Source of the DNA: Thermoplasmata archaeon
GTDB taxonomy: Archaea > Thermoplasmatota > Thermoplasmata > Lutacidiplasmatales > UBA184
Assembly (NCBI GenBank): GCA_035504395.1
Contig: DATJRX010000005.1
Coordinates: forward strand, 3,334 to 67,333
DNA length: 64,000 nt
Reading direction: 5' to 3'
In this document: piece by piece, positions 25,737 through 35,173 of the stretch
How positions within the stretch are numbered: position 1 is the first letter of the stretch
Layout of the letters: each line of letters begins with the position of its first letter
The notes under the pieces: model-generated
What the model was told of the DNA's origin: nothing
The model's input: the letters and a program-made list of their open reading frames with translations, nothing else
The model's database searches: none
Position numbers and translations under genes: made by a program

Positions 25737-27842
25737 GTGTCGCTCCTCCGTCCGGCGGGGCCGCCCGCGGCGATCGCGACCGCGATCGGGATCGCATTCG
25801 TGCTGGTCGTGGCGCTGTTCGCCCCAACCGTCCCGGCTGGCGGGGGCGCCAGTTCCTCCCGGGAGCCGACCGGTCCCGCGTCGGGACCGCCCGACCTGTC
25901 TACGAGCGACCTCGGCACCGGCTACGACGGGAGCGCGCCGGCATCGCCGCCCGTGCGGATCTGCGGGAACGGGTCCGAGCTCGACGGTCCGACCACTCCG
26001 CCCGACGGAGCGGTGGTCCTCCCGGCCGGCGACAACGAGAACATGACCGCGAGCTACGAGCTCGCTCCCAACACGACCTACTGGCTCGCCCCGGGGGCGC
26101 ACACCCTCGGGACCGGACCGTACTCCCAGTTCCAGCCCGACTGGGGCGACACGTTCGTGGGTGGGCCGGGCGCGGTCGTCAACGGTCAGTCCCTCAACCA
26201 GTTCGCCTTCACCGCGAACCCCAACGTCGGGTCGCCGAACGTCACGATCGAGTACCTCACGATCGAGGACTTCGTCTCGGGAGAGGGAGAGGGCGTGGTC
26301 AATCAGGCGAACCAATCCGGCTGGGTCGTCGCGCACAACACCGTCGGTCCGAACGAGTTCAACTGCTCGAACCCCGGGGGAGCCGGCGTCATGCTCGGCT
26401 CGAACACCGAGGTCGAGTACAACTGTCTCGCGAGCAACGGCGAGTACGGGTTCAGCTCGTTCGGCGGGGCGACGAACATCACGCTGTCGGACAACGAGAT
26501 CGCGGACAACGATGCCCTCGGGGGCTACGACCACCCCGACAGCGCGATCCAGTGCGGCTGCTCCGGTGGCGGGAAGTTCTGGATCTCGAGCGACGTCACC
26601 ATCGAGGACAACTACATCCACGATAACGGCGACCCCGGGATCTGGGTCGACACCGACAACACGGGGTTCCTCATCGCGCACAACTTCATCGCGGACAACT
26701 ACGCGGAGGGGATCATCTACGAGATCAGCTACAATGGCCTGATTGAGAACAACACGCTCCTCGGGAACGCGATCGGCGAGGCGCCCGAGGTCGCCGGGTT
26801 CCCGGCGTCCGCGATCTACATCTCCGAGTCCGGGTTCGACGACCGGGTCGCGAACCCGTTCCACGCGACGTCGTTCGAGATCGAGTACAACGTTCTCAGC
26901 GACAACCGGGGCGGGGTCGTCATCTGGGAGAACGCGAACCGATACTGCTCGGACGGCAGCGACCAGGTCTGCACGCTGGTCGATCCGGCCGTCTATACCC
27001 TCGCGAGCTGCGCCACCCACCTGGGCGAGCGAACGCCCGTCGACTATTACGACGGCTGCCGGTGGAAGGCCCAGAACGTGACGGTGGCCCGCAACCAGTT
27101 CTCCTTCACGGCGGCCGCGCTCGGACCCCAGTGCACGGTCGACAACCTCTGCGGGGACAACGGGCTATTCAGCGACTACGGCGAGGCGCCGTACGCGGGT
27201 CCGGCGGTCCCGACGAACATCACCTTCCTCCAGCACGACCAGTTCGAGGACAACAGCTACTCCGGACCGTGGAACTTCGAGGCCTGGAGCCAGGGCAACC
27301 TCGACAACCCGGTCAACTGGACCGTCTGGCGGGCGAACGTGACCGACCGATGCAGCACGGCGGGCGAGAACGAATCGGGCACCTGCGACAGCGGCTTCGG
27401 CCAGGACTCGGGGAGCATCTTCAACGCCTCCGTCGACCCCGAGATCGAGGCGTTCACCGCCGCGCCCGCGAGCGTTCCCGTCGGACATACGAGCCTCCTG
27501 ACCGTCACCGCCGAGGGCGGGATCGGCTCGCTGTCGTTCGCCTACGTCGGGCTTCCGCCCGGGTGCGCATCGGCGAACTTGGCCGAGCTCACCTGCGCCC
27601 CGACCGCTCCGGGCGATTTCACGCCCGCGATCTTCGTCAACGACTCCGAGGATCACTCGTCCGAGGCGAGCACCTCGCTCGCGGTGACGCGCGTCGCTCC
27701 GACGCCTTCTCCTCCGGGCCACTCGAGCGAGGCGCCCGGCGACCTCCTGTTCGGACTCTGGCCCTACCTGCTCGCCGCCGGCCTGGCGCTCGTCGCGGTC
27801 GTGGCCGCTGTGGCTTGGACGGCACGTCGCCGGAAGGTCTAG
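25737..27842 (+). CDS. right-handed parallel beta-helix repeat surface protein with C-terminal TM anchor
   Basis: Multiple pectate-lyase-like turns (NNTLLGNAIG, IADNYAEGIIYEIS, IHDNGDPGIWVD, SDNEIADND). An N-terminal signal-like helix and a C-terminal TM (LWPYLLAAGLALVAVVAAVAW) plus RRRKV. The start was set at the in-frame GTG 25737 before the signal peptide; the ORF extends to 25554. Confidence 0.7.
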   Translation: MSLLRPAGPPAAIATAIGIAFVLVVALFAPTVPAGGGASSSREPTGPASGPPDLSTSDLGTGYDGSAPASPPVRICGNGSELDGPTTPPDGAVVLPAGDNENMTASYELAPNTTYWLAPGAHTLGTGPYSQFQPDWGDTFVGGPGAVVNGQSLNQFAFTANPNVGSPNVTIEYLTIEDFVSGEGEGVVNQANQSGWVVAHNTVGPNEFNCSNPGGAGVMLGSNTEVEYNCLASNGEYGFSSFGGATNITLSDNEIADNDALGGYDHPDSAIQCGCSGGGKFWISSDVTIEDNYIHDNGDPGIWVDTDNTGFLIAHNFIADNYAEGIIYEISYNGLIENNTLLGNAIGEAPEVAGFPASAIYISESGFDDRVANPFHATSFEIEYNVLSDNRGGVVIWENANRYCSDGSDQVCTLVDPAVYTLASCATHLGERTPVDYYDGCRWKAQNVTVARNQFSFTAAALGPQCTVDNLCGDNGLFSDYGEAPYAGPAVPTNITFLQHDQFEDNSYSGPWNFEAWSQGNLDNPVNWTVWRANVTDRCSTAGENESGTCDSGFGQDSGSIFNASVDPEIEAFTAAPASVPVGHTSLLTVTAEGGIGSLSFAYVGLPPGCASANLAELTCAPTAPGDFTPAIFVNDSEDHSSEASTSLAVTRVAPTPSPPGHSSEAPGDLLFGLWPYLLAAGLALVAVVAAVAWTARRRKV

Positions 27843-27955
27843 GCCGTGACCGGAACGTACCGATTCGGCGCGCCGCTCGCGAGGACTTCGGCGCTTCGGC
27901 GCGAGGTGGACCCCCGACCTTCCGGTCGCGGGTCGACGGATCGGACCGTCGCGAG

Positions 27956-27978
27956 AAATTTAATATATATATTTAGTT
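27956..27978 (+). promoter_or_regulatory. AT-only island containing BRE/TATA-like promoter (GAGAAATTTAATATATATATTTAG) for gene at 27995
   Basis: 23 consecutive A/T in a roughly 70% GC genome, 17-39 nt upstream of ATG 27995. It is palindromic (AATATATATATT). T-runs could also terminate the upstream gene. Confidence 0.6.
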
Positions 27979-27994
27979 GCTAGGGGGAACAACG

Positions 27995-28561
27995 ATGCGA
28001 CTGGAGTCGGGGCTGTTTCGGGAACCGGGGGAGCGGCCGCTTCCGTCCGCGCTGCTCGAGCGAGTGGAGCGGCGCCGGGGCCGTCCCCGACTCGAGTACC
28101 GTCCCCGCCTCGAGAACCCCGGGGACGTGGAGCAGCTCCGACGGCTCGGGGTCCCCGCGGTGCTGGTGACCCCCGAGTGGGTCCGCGCGAGCGGCTATCC
28201 GGTCCGCTTCCAGCCCTGGCTCGCCGTCCCCGAGGGGCTCGCGGACAAGTTCGCCACGGCCTATCGGATCCTTCCGGTGCGCGACGCGGACGCCCTGCGG
28301 GCGCCGGGGATCGTCGAGCTGATCGCGCTCCTCCTCCGGTTCGATCCGCTCGCCGCCCGAGTGGTCGCCCGGCGGAACCGCGGACGGATCGACCCGAACG
28401 AGCTCTACCGTCGGGTCCGGAACGAAGGCCTCGAACGCGCCGCAACGCGCGTGCGGTTGCAAGAGATCGCGCCGGCGATACCGGTGGTGGGAGAAGCGCT
28501 GCCCCGCGAGGAGCTCCGGTGGGTCGAACGGAACAACCCGGCCGAGGGCGATCCGCCGTGA
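27995..28561 (+). CDS. hypothetical protein, first gene of a 2-gene cassette
   Basis: 188 aa. Its stop overlaps the start of the next gene (GTGA). Confidence 0.5.
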   Translation: MRLESGLFREPGERPLPSALLERVERRRGRPRLEYRPRLENPGDVEQLRRLGVPAVLVTPEWVRASGYPVRFQPWLAVPEGLADKFATAYRILPVRDADALRAPGIVELIALLLRFDPLAARVVARRNRGRIDPNELYRRVRNEGLERAATRVRLQEIAPAIPVVGEALPREELRWVERNNPAEGDPP

Positions 28562-29136
28562 TCGACCCCGAGATCGCCGCGGCGCGCGAGATCCTCCGCG
28601 CCGCGGGCGTCCCGTTCGTCGTGGTCGGGGGCCAGGCGATCGCCCGGCGCGCGGCGACCGCCACCCGCGACATTGACGTGATGGTCGCGACGCGCGACTA
28701 CGCGAAGGCGCTCGTCGCCCTGCATCGAGTTCCCGGACTCGCGTTCGACTGGGACGACGGGAAGCTCGCCCGGTTCCGGATCCTCGCTCTCGGCGGGGTG
28801 CCGCTCGACATCATCAACTCGGGCGCGTTCGCGGGCGCTCACGGGGAGGGGGAGTTCTTCGACTTCCTGCTCCGCGAGGCGTCGACCGAGGAGGACGGGG
28901 TCTCGTACGGGACCCCCGAAGCGGTCTGGTACACCCGGCTCCTGACCAAGCGGTGGCGGTCGTACGCCGAGAAGATCGTCACGAACGTGATCGACGGCGT
29001 CACGCCCGACACCCTGACCGGGGTCGAGGGGATCGCCGAGCGGTTCGGCACCGACGGGACGCTGGCGGAGAGGATCCAGCTCGTCCGGGACGAACTGGCC
29101 CGGCCCGAGGTGGCGGCGCTCGTGCGCCGCCGGTGA
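28558..29136 (+). CDS. nucleotidyltransferase-fold protein (minimal NTase motif near N-terminus)
   Basis: GTG start overlaps the upstream stop. VVGGQAIARRAATATRDIDVMV fits the G(G/S)-x9-13-DxD polymerase-beta-type NTase signature. Confidence 0.5.
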   Translation: MIDPEIAAAREILRAAGVPFVVVGGQAIARRAATATRDIDVMVATRDYAKALVALHRVPGLAFDWDDGKLARFRILALGGVPLDIINSGAFAGAHGEGEFFDFLLREASTEEDGVSYGTPEAVWYTRLLTKRWRSYAEKIVTNVIDGVTPDTLTGVEGIAERFGTDGTLAERIQLVRDELARPEVAALVRRR

Positions 29137-29149
29137 GCGCGCGGGGGAT

Positions 29150-29671
29150 CTACTTCGCTCCCGTGGCGGCGTCCGGGACGAACTCCTCGGTCCACTTCTG
29201 GGACAGGGCGTCCCGCCGGGGCTTGTACACCTGCGCGTAGAAGGCGTTGGGAGACTCGAGCGTCCGCCGGTCCGAGGCGCGGACGATCGACTCCGCTTCC
29301 TTCCACGCCGCGTCGAACTGGCGCTTCCCGCCGAACCGGGCGGCGATCTGCCGCTCGAACTCGACCTCCGTCTGGGTGTCGTCCCCGATCGTGAAGTACA
29401 GCTTCGACCGGGACGTATCCCGGAACGCCTCGTCCTGGCCGAGGTGGTAGAGCTCCCGGCCCGGGTGTTCCGCCGGGGCCCCGCCCTCTCCTCCGCCCCC
29501 GCCTCCGCTGCGGCCGCCGAACCCGCGCTTCGCGGCGGCGTAGAAGATCGCCCGGTTGAGGCCCCAGGAGTAGGCCGACTCGAGCGGGAGCCCCAGGGCC
29601 CTCGCTCGGGCGGCCTGGAGCATCGCCATGACGATGAAGCGCGAGATCGCGAGGCGCTTCCGCCCCGGCAT
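29150..29671 (-). CDS. hypothetical protein with internal poly-Gly linker
   Basis: 173 aa. ATG confirmed at 29669-29671. The rest of the 640-aa ORF upstream is non-coding or other genes. Confidence 0.5.
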   Translation of the reverse strand: MPGRKRLAISRFIVMAMLQAARARALGLPLESAYSWGLNRAIFYAAAKRGFGGRSGGGGGGEGGAPAEHPGRELYHLGQDEAFRDTSRSKLYFTIGDDTQTEVEFERQIAARFGGKRQFDAAWKEAESIVRASDRRTLESPNAFYAQVYKPRRDALSQKWTEEFVPDAATGAK

Positions 29672-29682
29672 CGCCCGCCCCG

Positions 29683-30234
29683 CTACGCGTCGGACTCGGG
29701 CGGCTCGTGCGACGGGTGCTCGCCCCGGTCGAACATCGCCATCGCCGCGCGCCGCTTCTCCTCGCGTTCCTTTCGGCTCATCCGGATCGGCATCGAGAGC
29801 GACCAGTGGTGACCGAACGGATCGCGCAGGTGACCGTACCGCTCGCCCCAGAACTGATCCTCGAGGGGCATCGTGACCGTCGCCCCGGCGGCGACCGCGC
29901 GGTTCCAGAGCGTCTCGACGTCGGTCGTGTAGACGTGGAGCGCGACCGTGGTCGTCTCGAGGGTCGACGGGGCCGTGCGGTCCGACCCCTGGAACACGTC
30001 CGAGAGGAACAGCATCGAGTCGCCGATCTTGAGCCGCCCGTGGATCAGCTTGCCGTCCGGCGTCAGCTGTCGGAGCAGCTCTCGGGCGCCGAACGCCTTC
30101 TTGTAGAAGTCCATCGCCGCGGCGCCGCCGACCACCGCGAGATACGGGGTGATCGTGTGGAAGCCGGCCGGGATCCGGGGCTTGGGTTTCGTTCGGCGGC
30201 GGCGCGCGGTGCGAGGCTTCCTGCGAGTGGGCAT
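29683..30234 (-). CDS. VOC-family protein (PhnB/glyoxalase-like)
   Basis: ITPYLAVVGGAAAMDFYKKAFGA...DQFWGERYGHLRDPFGHHWSL is a VOC fold. A basic N-terminal tail precedes it. Confidence 0.7.
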   Translation of the reverse strand: MPTRRKPRTARRRRTKPKPRIPAGFHTITPYLAVVGGAAAMDFYKKAFGARELLRQLTPDGKLIHGRLKIGDSMLFLSDVFQGSDRTAPSTLETTTVALHVYTTDVETLWNRAVAAGATVTMPLEDQFWGERYGHLRDPFGHHWSLSMPIRMSRKEREEKRRAAMAMFDRGEHPSHEPPESDA

Positions 30235-30297
30235 GCGGATACCGCCGGGTCGAGCCGGCGGACCTACATAATGGGCGGGACGCCCGTTCGCTTCCGC

Positions 30298-30933
30298 TCA
30301 GGGAAGGGAGATCGAGACCTCGCCCGAGTACCCGTCCACCCCGAGCACCTCGAGCGTGTGGCCCTGGCCGAACGGGGAGGTCTTCGTGCTCCCGAACTGG
30401 ATCCAGATCGTGTCCTGGTTGGACACGAGCGAGCTCGCGGTGACCCCGCCGCCGTACCGCTCCCAGGCCGTGGTCTCGAACGCCTTGTTCTTCGCGATCG
30501 TCGAGGAGGCAAGGACCGAGTTCGTCGAGCCCACGAGCGAGATCAGCGCGGAGTTCATGCTGACCGTGTGGACGCGCCCGGTCGAGTCCGTCACCTGGAA
30601 CGCGAGGTTCGAGACCTTGAGCCCGTCCGACGCCTCGTCCACCGGGATGGCGTAGCAGTAGCGGCCCTCGGCGCAGTACGTCGACGGGTGTGCGCTGCCC
30701 GACACCTGCTCGGCCGGGCCGGCGTAGAAGGAGGACTCGAGCGGCTGGGACGCTCCCGAATGGACGTCCCCGACGATGAGCACGTAGAGCACCGCGGCCA
30801 GGACGACGGTGATCGCGACCAGCAGGAGCGTCGCGATGATGGGGGCGACGGCCCGTCCCCGAGCGTGGGGCCGGGCGAGCCCCCCCGATCGGCGGCCTCG
30901 GCGTGGGCGCTCGGCTGCGGCGGTCCCGGTCAT
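30298..30933 (-). CDS. archaeal type IV pilin-like protein (class III signal peptide)
   Basis: ATG confirmed at 30931-30933. RGRAVAPIIATLLLVAITVVLAAVLYVLI matches the archaeal pilin N-terminal motif ((R/K)G-x-S/A-P-V-I...L-x-x-I-T-V). A beta-rich Ser/Thr globular domain follows. Confidence 0.7.
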   Translation of the reverse strand: MTGTAAAERPRRGRRSGGLARPHARGRAVAPIIATLLLVAITVVLAAVLYVLIVGDVHSGASQPLESSFYAGPAEQVSGSAHPSTYCAEGRYCYAIPVDEASDGLKVSNLAFQVTDSTGRVHTVSMNSALISLVGSTNSVLASSTIAKNKAFETTAWERYGGGVTASSLVSNQDTIWIQFGSTKTSPFGQGHTLEVLGVDGYSGEVSISLP

Positions 30934-31022
30934 GCCGTTGGATTGGTCCGGCCCCCATCTTATACGCTTCGATTTCGGGGATTCCGGCCCGCCCGGGAAG
31001 GGGTGCGTTCCCGGTCGCGCGC

Positions 31023-32987
31023 TCAGCCGCTCGAACGCGCCGGACGCACCAGGGGTCGCGTCGGGAGCCCATACTTTCGCAGCAGGTCCACGAACCGCGG
31101 GTCGGTGCGGATCGAGTCGAACGTGGCCGACCGGTAGTAGAGCCACAGCGTCGGATCCCCTTCGCGGTACTCCTTCTCGAGCAGGTCGAGGGCGATCGAT
31201 CCTTCGCCGAGGGCCGCGTGCAGCATCGCGAGGTGGGAGTCCGAGGTGTACGACTGGGTCTCGCCCCGGGCCGCCTCGGCGAGGATCTCGCGGGCGACCT
31301 TGGGCCGGCCGAGCACCGCGTTCAGCATGGCGTGATCGAACCGCTCGTTGTCGTCTGCCGGGGCGATCGCGACGTCGGCTTCGCGCGTCGCCTCGTCGCG
31401 GCGGCCGAGCTCGAGCAGCGTGAGGCCGAGCATCGTGTGCGGGGAGAGCGAGGTGGGTTCCCGCGCGATCCGGGCCCGGCCATGACGAACGCTCGCCTCG
31501 GGGTCGTCGGACGCCGACTCGGCCCACGCGAGGGTCCCCTCGTGCTCGCCGGCCGGGTCCAGGCGTACCGCAAGAGCCAGCTCGGCGCGCGCCTCGGCGA
31601 ACCGCTCGAGGGCGATCAGCATCAGCCCAAAGAACGTGTGCGCGTCGATGTTGCTGGGATTCAGCTCGATCGCCCGGCGGAACTCCCGCTCCGCGGTCGC
31701 CCAGTCATGATCGTACTGCATCGCGATGTTGCCGAGCGCGGCGTGGGCCTCCGCCGAGTCCGGGTCGAGCGCGAGGGCCTTCGCGGCGAGCTCGCGGGCG
31801 CGGGGGATCGCCTCCCGGAACGACAGGTGGTCGCCCGCCGCTCGCACGTAGAGGTTCGCCCACGAGGCGAACGCCTCGGCGAACTTGGGGTCGAGGCGGG
31901 TGGCGGCCTCGAACGAGCGCACCGCCTCGATGTGGTGCGCCGCGTCGAACCCGGACGAGGCGGCGAGTCCACGGAGGTAGAGGTCGTACGCCTCGAGGCT
32001 GGTGGTCGGCGGCCGGCGCGCGCGGGCCGGCTCCGACCGGGCCAGCTGCAATCGAAGCGCCTCGGCGGTCCGTTCGGCGATGTCCGACTGCACCTCGAAG
32101 ACGTCGGTGAGCTCCCGATTGTAGGTCCCGGCCCAGACATGCCGCTGGGTGCTCACGTCGATGAGCTGGAGCGTGATCCGGATCTTCTGTCCGGACTTCC
32201 GGACGCTGCCTTCGAGGACCGTGTCGACCCCGAGCTCCTGGCCGACCTGGGCGATCGACTTCGGCGCGGTCTTGTACGGCAGGATCGACGTCCGGGCGGT
32301 CACGCTGAGGCCCGGCACCTGGGAGAGGACCGCGATCAGCTCCTCCGTCAGCCCGTCGGCGAAGTACTCGTCGTGCGGATCCGGGCTGATGTTGGCGAGC
32401 GGCAGCACCGCGAGCTGGCGCCCCAACGACTCGGCCGCCATCCGACCCTCCTTGCGTACGGCCGCCCACGGGGGGACGACCCGGTACACCCCCATCGGCA
32501 CGCGGATGTTCTTGAGCGCGACGGGCGGCAGCCGGGTGAAGGTCGCCTCGAGCTTGTTCTGGATCTGGTCGTAGACCTGCTGGGTCACGCTGATCCCGCC
32601 CGGCTCGGAGAGCGGTTCCACGCGCGACGCGATGTTGACGGCATCCCCCAGCACGTCGCCGTCCGCCTGCACCACGTCCCCGACATGCAGCCCGATGCGC
32701 ACGAGGATCCGCTCGGAGGCGGGCAGCGCGGCGTTCCGCTCGTGGAGCGCTTTCTGCACGTCGAGCGCGCACTGGCCCGCGTCCAGGGCACTCTCGAACT
32801 CGATGAGGAACGCGTCCCCGACCGTCTTGATCTCGCGTCCGTGGTGGCGGGCGAAGATCGGGCGGAGCAGCGCGTTGTGCGTTTCGAGCGCCGAGAGCGC
32901 GGCGGCCTCGTCGGTCTGGGCGAGAGCCGAGTACCCCACCATGTCCGTGAACATGATGGCAGCCAAGCGGCGGTGCGAAGCGGCCAC
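31023..32987 (-). CDS. class III adenylyl/guanylyl cyclase (CHD) fused to TolB-N-like region and TPR repeats
   Basis: CHD metal-binding Asp residues in AIMFTDMVGYS and KTVGDAFL. Middle region LAVLPLANISPDPHDEYFADGLTEELI. C-terminal TPR-like helices. Start chosen at the GTG 24-30 nt downstream of the TTTATTT element; the ORF extends to 33119. Confidence 0.8.
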   Translation of the reverse strand: MAASHRRLAAIMFTDMVGYSALAQTDEAAALSALETHNALLRPIFARHHGREIKTVGDAFLIEFESALDAGQCALDVQKALHERNAALPASERILVRIGLHVGDVVQADGDVLGDAVNIASRVEPLSEPGGISVTQQVYDQIQNKLEATFTRLPPVALKNIRVPMGVYRVVPPWAAVRKEGRMAAESLGRQLAVLPLANISPDPHDEYFADGLTEELIAVLSQVPGLSVTARTSILPYKTAPKSIAQVGQELGVDTVLEGSVRKSGQKIRITLQLIDVSTQRHVWAGTYNRELTDVFEVQSDIAERTAEALRLQLARSEPARARRPPTTSLEAYDLYLRGLAASSGFDAAHHIEAVRSFEAATRLDPKFAEAFASWANLYVRAAGDHLSFREAIPRARELAAKALALDPDSAEAHAALGNIAMQYDHDWATAEREFRRAIELNPSNIDAHTFFGLMLIALERFAEARAELALAVRLDPAGEHEGTLAWAESASDDPEASVRHGRARIAREPTSLSPHTMLGLTLLELGRRDEATREADVAIAPADDNERFDHAMLNAVLGRPKVAREILAEAARGETQSYTSDSHLAMLHAALGEGSIALDLLEKEYREGDPTLWLYYRSATFDSIRTDPRFVDLLRKYGLPTRPLVRPARSSG

Positions 32988-33006
32988 GATCCCCGGACGG
33001 CGCTCC

Positions 33007-33025
33007 GGCGAAATAAACGCTCGCC
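33007..33025. promoter_or_regulatory. GGCGA-AATAAACGC-TCGCC palindromic TATA-like element between divergent cyclase genes
   Basis: 5-bp inverted arms flank an AT-rich core. It sits 24-30 nt upstream of the candidate GTG start (32987) of the minus-strand cyclase. Confidence 0.4.
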
Positions 33026-33128
33026 GGGATGCTGAAACGGGGCGGGACCCGGCCGTCCGGCCGGCGCGGGCTCCGGTCGCCCGGGGGAGGTCGTCGCCCC
33101 GCGGGAGACGTCGGCGCACGCACGCCTA

Positions 33129-35147
33129 ATGAGGCCGGGTTCGGTCCCCCGATCCGTGGCGCGGGAGTCCCGTCGGCTCGCCGCGATCATGTTCACCGAC
33201 CTCGTGGGGTTCACGTCCCTCGGCCAGCGCAACGAGGGAGAGGCGCTCCGCCTCCGTCGGGAGCATCAGGAGATCGTCCGACCCCTCCTCGCGGCGCACG
33301 GCGGTCGGGAGGTCAAGACGACCGGCGATGGGTTCCTCGTCGAGTTCCCGAGCGCCGTGGAGTCGGTCCGCTGCGCGGTCGAGATCCAGGGCGCCGTCGG
33401 GCGACGGAACGCGCTCGCCGGATCCGCAGAGCCGATCCGGCTCCGCATCGGCATCCACGTGGGCGACGTCGTGGACGACGCCGGCGACATCGTCGGCGAC
33501 GCGGTGAACGTCGCGTCCCGGATCGAACCGCTCGCGGAACCGGGCGGCGTCTGCGTCTCGGGCTCGGTGTACGACCAGGTGCGCAACAAGCTCGAGGTGC
33601 CGCTCGAGCGGGTCGGCACGCGCGAGCTGAAGCACGTGGAGTTCCCGGTCGACATCTACCGGGTCCGGCTCGGCGAGACGTTCGAGCCGCGAGAGCGGGT
33701 CGTCGAGCCGGGACCGGACGCGCGCCCGCGCCTGGCCGTGCTTCCGATGGCCAACTTGAGCCCGGATACCGCGGACGATTACTTCGCGGACGGGCTCACC
33801 GAGGAACTGATCTCCCAGACCTCGAGGATCCCGGACCTCCGCGTCATCGCCCGGACCTCGGTACTGCAGTACAAGGGGTCGACGAAGCCGCTCCGCACCG
33901 TGGCCCACGAGCTCGGCGTGGGGCTCGCGCTCGAGGGGTCGGTGCGCAAGTCCGGCGACCGCCTCCGCGTGACCGTCCAGCTGGTCGACGCGCGCTCCGA
34001 GGAACATCTCTGGTCGTCGCGCTACGACCGGCCGCTCGGCGACATCTTCGCGATCCAGGACGATATCGCGCAGCAGGTCGCCGCCTCGATGGCCGCCCAC
34101 ATGACCGGGCGGGGCGCTGCTCCGGGGCGCCGGGTCCTCCCGGCGGTCCGCGACACGACGGACCTTCGGGCGTACACCGCCTACCTGCACGGCCGCAAGC
34201 TCCTCTCCGAGAAGGATTCGGAGACGACCGTGGCGCGGGCCGTCGAACTGTTCGAGGAAGCGGAGCGCATCGATCCGAATTTCGCGCGCGCCCGCGTCGC
34301 CCGGGCCGAGGCCCTGATGTGGCTCATGAACGAGGGCGCGGTCCCGTTGCTCGACGGCGAGAAGGAGGTGCGCACGGAGCTCGCCCGGGCCATCGAGCTC
34401 GACGCCTCGCTGGCGGAGGCGCACGCCGCGCTCGCCGGCCTCCTCCTCGGGACCGACGAGCTCGCGGCGTCCGAGCGCGAGAGCCGCCGGGCGATGGAGC
34501 TCAACCCGAACGTCATCGACTCGTACCGGTGGCTCGCCCAGATCGCGGCGGGTGATGGGCGCCTGGACGAGGCGGCGCGGCTGCTCGAGACCGCGGTCCA
34601 GATCGACCCCCTCGACATCAACATCCTCGCCTTCCTCGGCCGGATCTACTTCTACGCCGGGCACATCGATCGCGCGCTCGAGCATTGGAAGCGCACGGAG
34701 ACGCTCGTGCCGTACCGGACGCAAGCACACCGGGCGGAGTACGCGCTCTCGATCGGGGACCTCGACGCGGCGCAGACCTACGTCCGCGACCTGGAGCGGC
34801 TGCGACCGGAGAGCGTGTGGACCGAGGTCTACCGCGGGGCGCTCGCGGCCCGCCGCGGCCGTCCGGAGGAGACGCGCGCCGCGATCGAGCGCCTCGAACG
34901 CCGGGGCCAGACGGGCGAGATGACCGCGCTGTTCACCGGCGCGCTCTACCACGCCCTCGGGGAGGACGACGCGTTCGTGCGCTGCATGGAGGAAGCGTTC
35001 GACCAACACTCGTTGCCGTTCCTGGAGCTCCTGTACTCGCCCCTCTACGAGCGCGCCCGCGCCGACCCCCGGATCCGCGCCCTGATCGAGCGCCAGCGGG
35101 CGCTGCGCACGGCCGAGGGGGATACCCCCCCGCGCCGAACGCCTTAA
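33129..35147 (+). CDS. class III adenylyl/guanylyl cyclase-TolB-N-like-TPR protein (paralog of 31023..32987, divergent)
   Basis: AIMFTDLVGFTS, KTTGDGFLVEF and LAVLPMANLSPDTADDYFADGLTEELI, then C-terminal TPRs. About 45% identity to the neighbour across the cyclase domain. Confidence 0.85.
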   Translation: MRPGSVPRSVARESRRLAAIMFTDLVGFTSLGQRNEGEALRLRREHQEIVRPLLAAHGGREVKTTGDGFLVEFPSAVESVRCAVEIQGAVGRRNALAGSAEPIRLRIGIHVGDVVDDAGDIVGDAVNVASRIEPLAEPGGVCVSGSVYDQVRNKLEVPLERVGTRELKHVEFPVDIYRVRLGETFEPRERVVEPGPDARPRLAVLPMANLSPDTADDYFADGLTEELISQTSRIPDLRVIARTSVLQYKGSTKPLRTVAHELGVGLALEGSVRKSGDRLRVTVQLVDARSEEHLWSSRYDRPLGDIFAIQDDIAQQVAASMAAHMTGRGAAPGRRVLPAVRDTTDLRAYTAYLHGRKLLSEKDSETTVARAVELFEEAERIDPNFARARVARAEALMWLMNEGAVPLLDGEKEVRTELARAIELDASLAEAHAALAGLLLGTDELAASERESRRAMELNPNVIDSYRWLAQIAAGDGRLDEAARLLETAVQIDPLDINILAFLGRIYFYAGHIDRALEHWKRTETLVPYRTQAHRAEYALSIGDLDAAQTYVRDLERLRPESVWTEVYRGALAARRGRPEETRAAIERLERRGQTGEMTALFTGALYHALGEDDAFVRCMEEAFDQHSLPFLELLYSPLYERARADPRIRALIERQRALRTAEGDTPPRRTP

Positions 35148-35173
35148 CTCGGCCCGCCATCGGTGGGACAGCC

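Noticed and set aside
24268-26046. 592-aa plus-strand ORF
   Set aside because: Antisense to the surface-protein gene 23998..25512 and in the wrong frame relative to the beta-helix gene. Arg-rich junk.
27995-28561. HEPN toxin partner for the nucleotidyltransferase gene
   Set aside because: No R-x4-6-H HEPN motif is present in the upstream protein. Left as hypothetical.
29150-31072. 640-aa minus-strand ORF as a single gene
   Set aside because: It resolves into a 173-aa hypothetical gene. Other frames hold a VOC gene and the pilin gene. The N-terminal two-thirds is low complexity.
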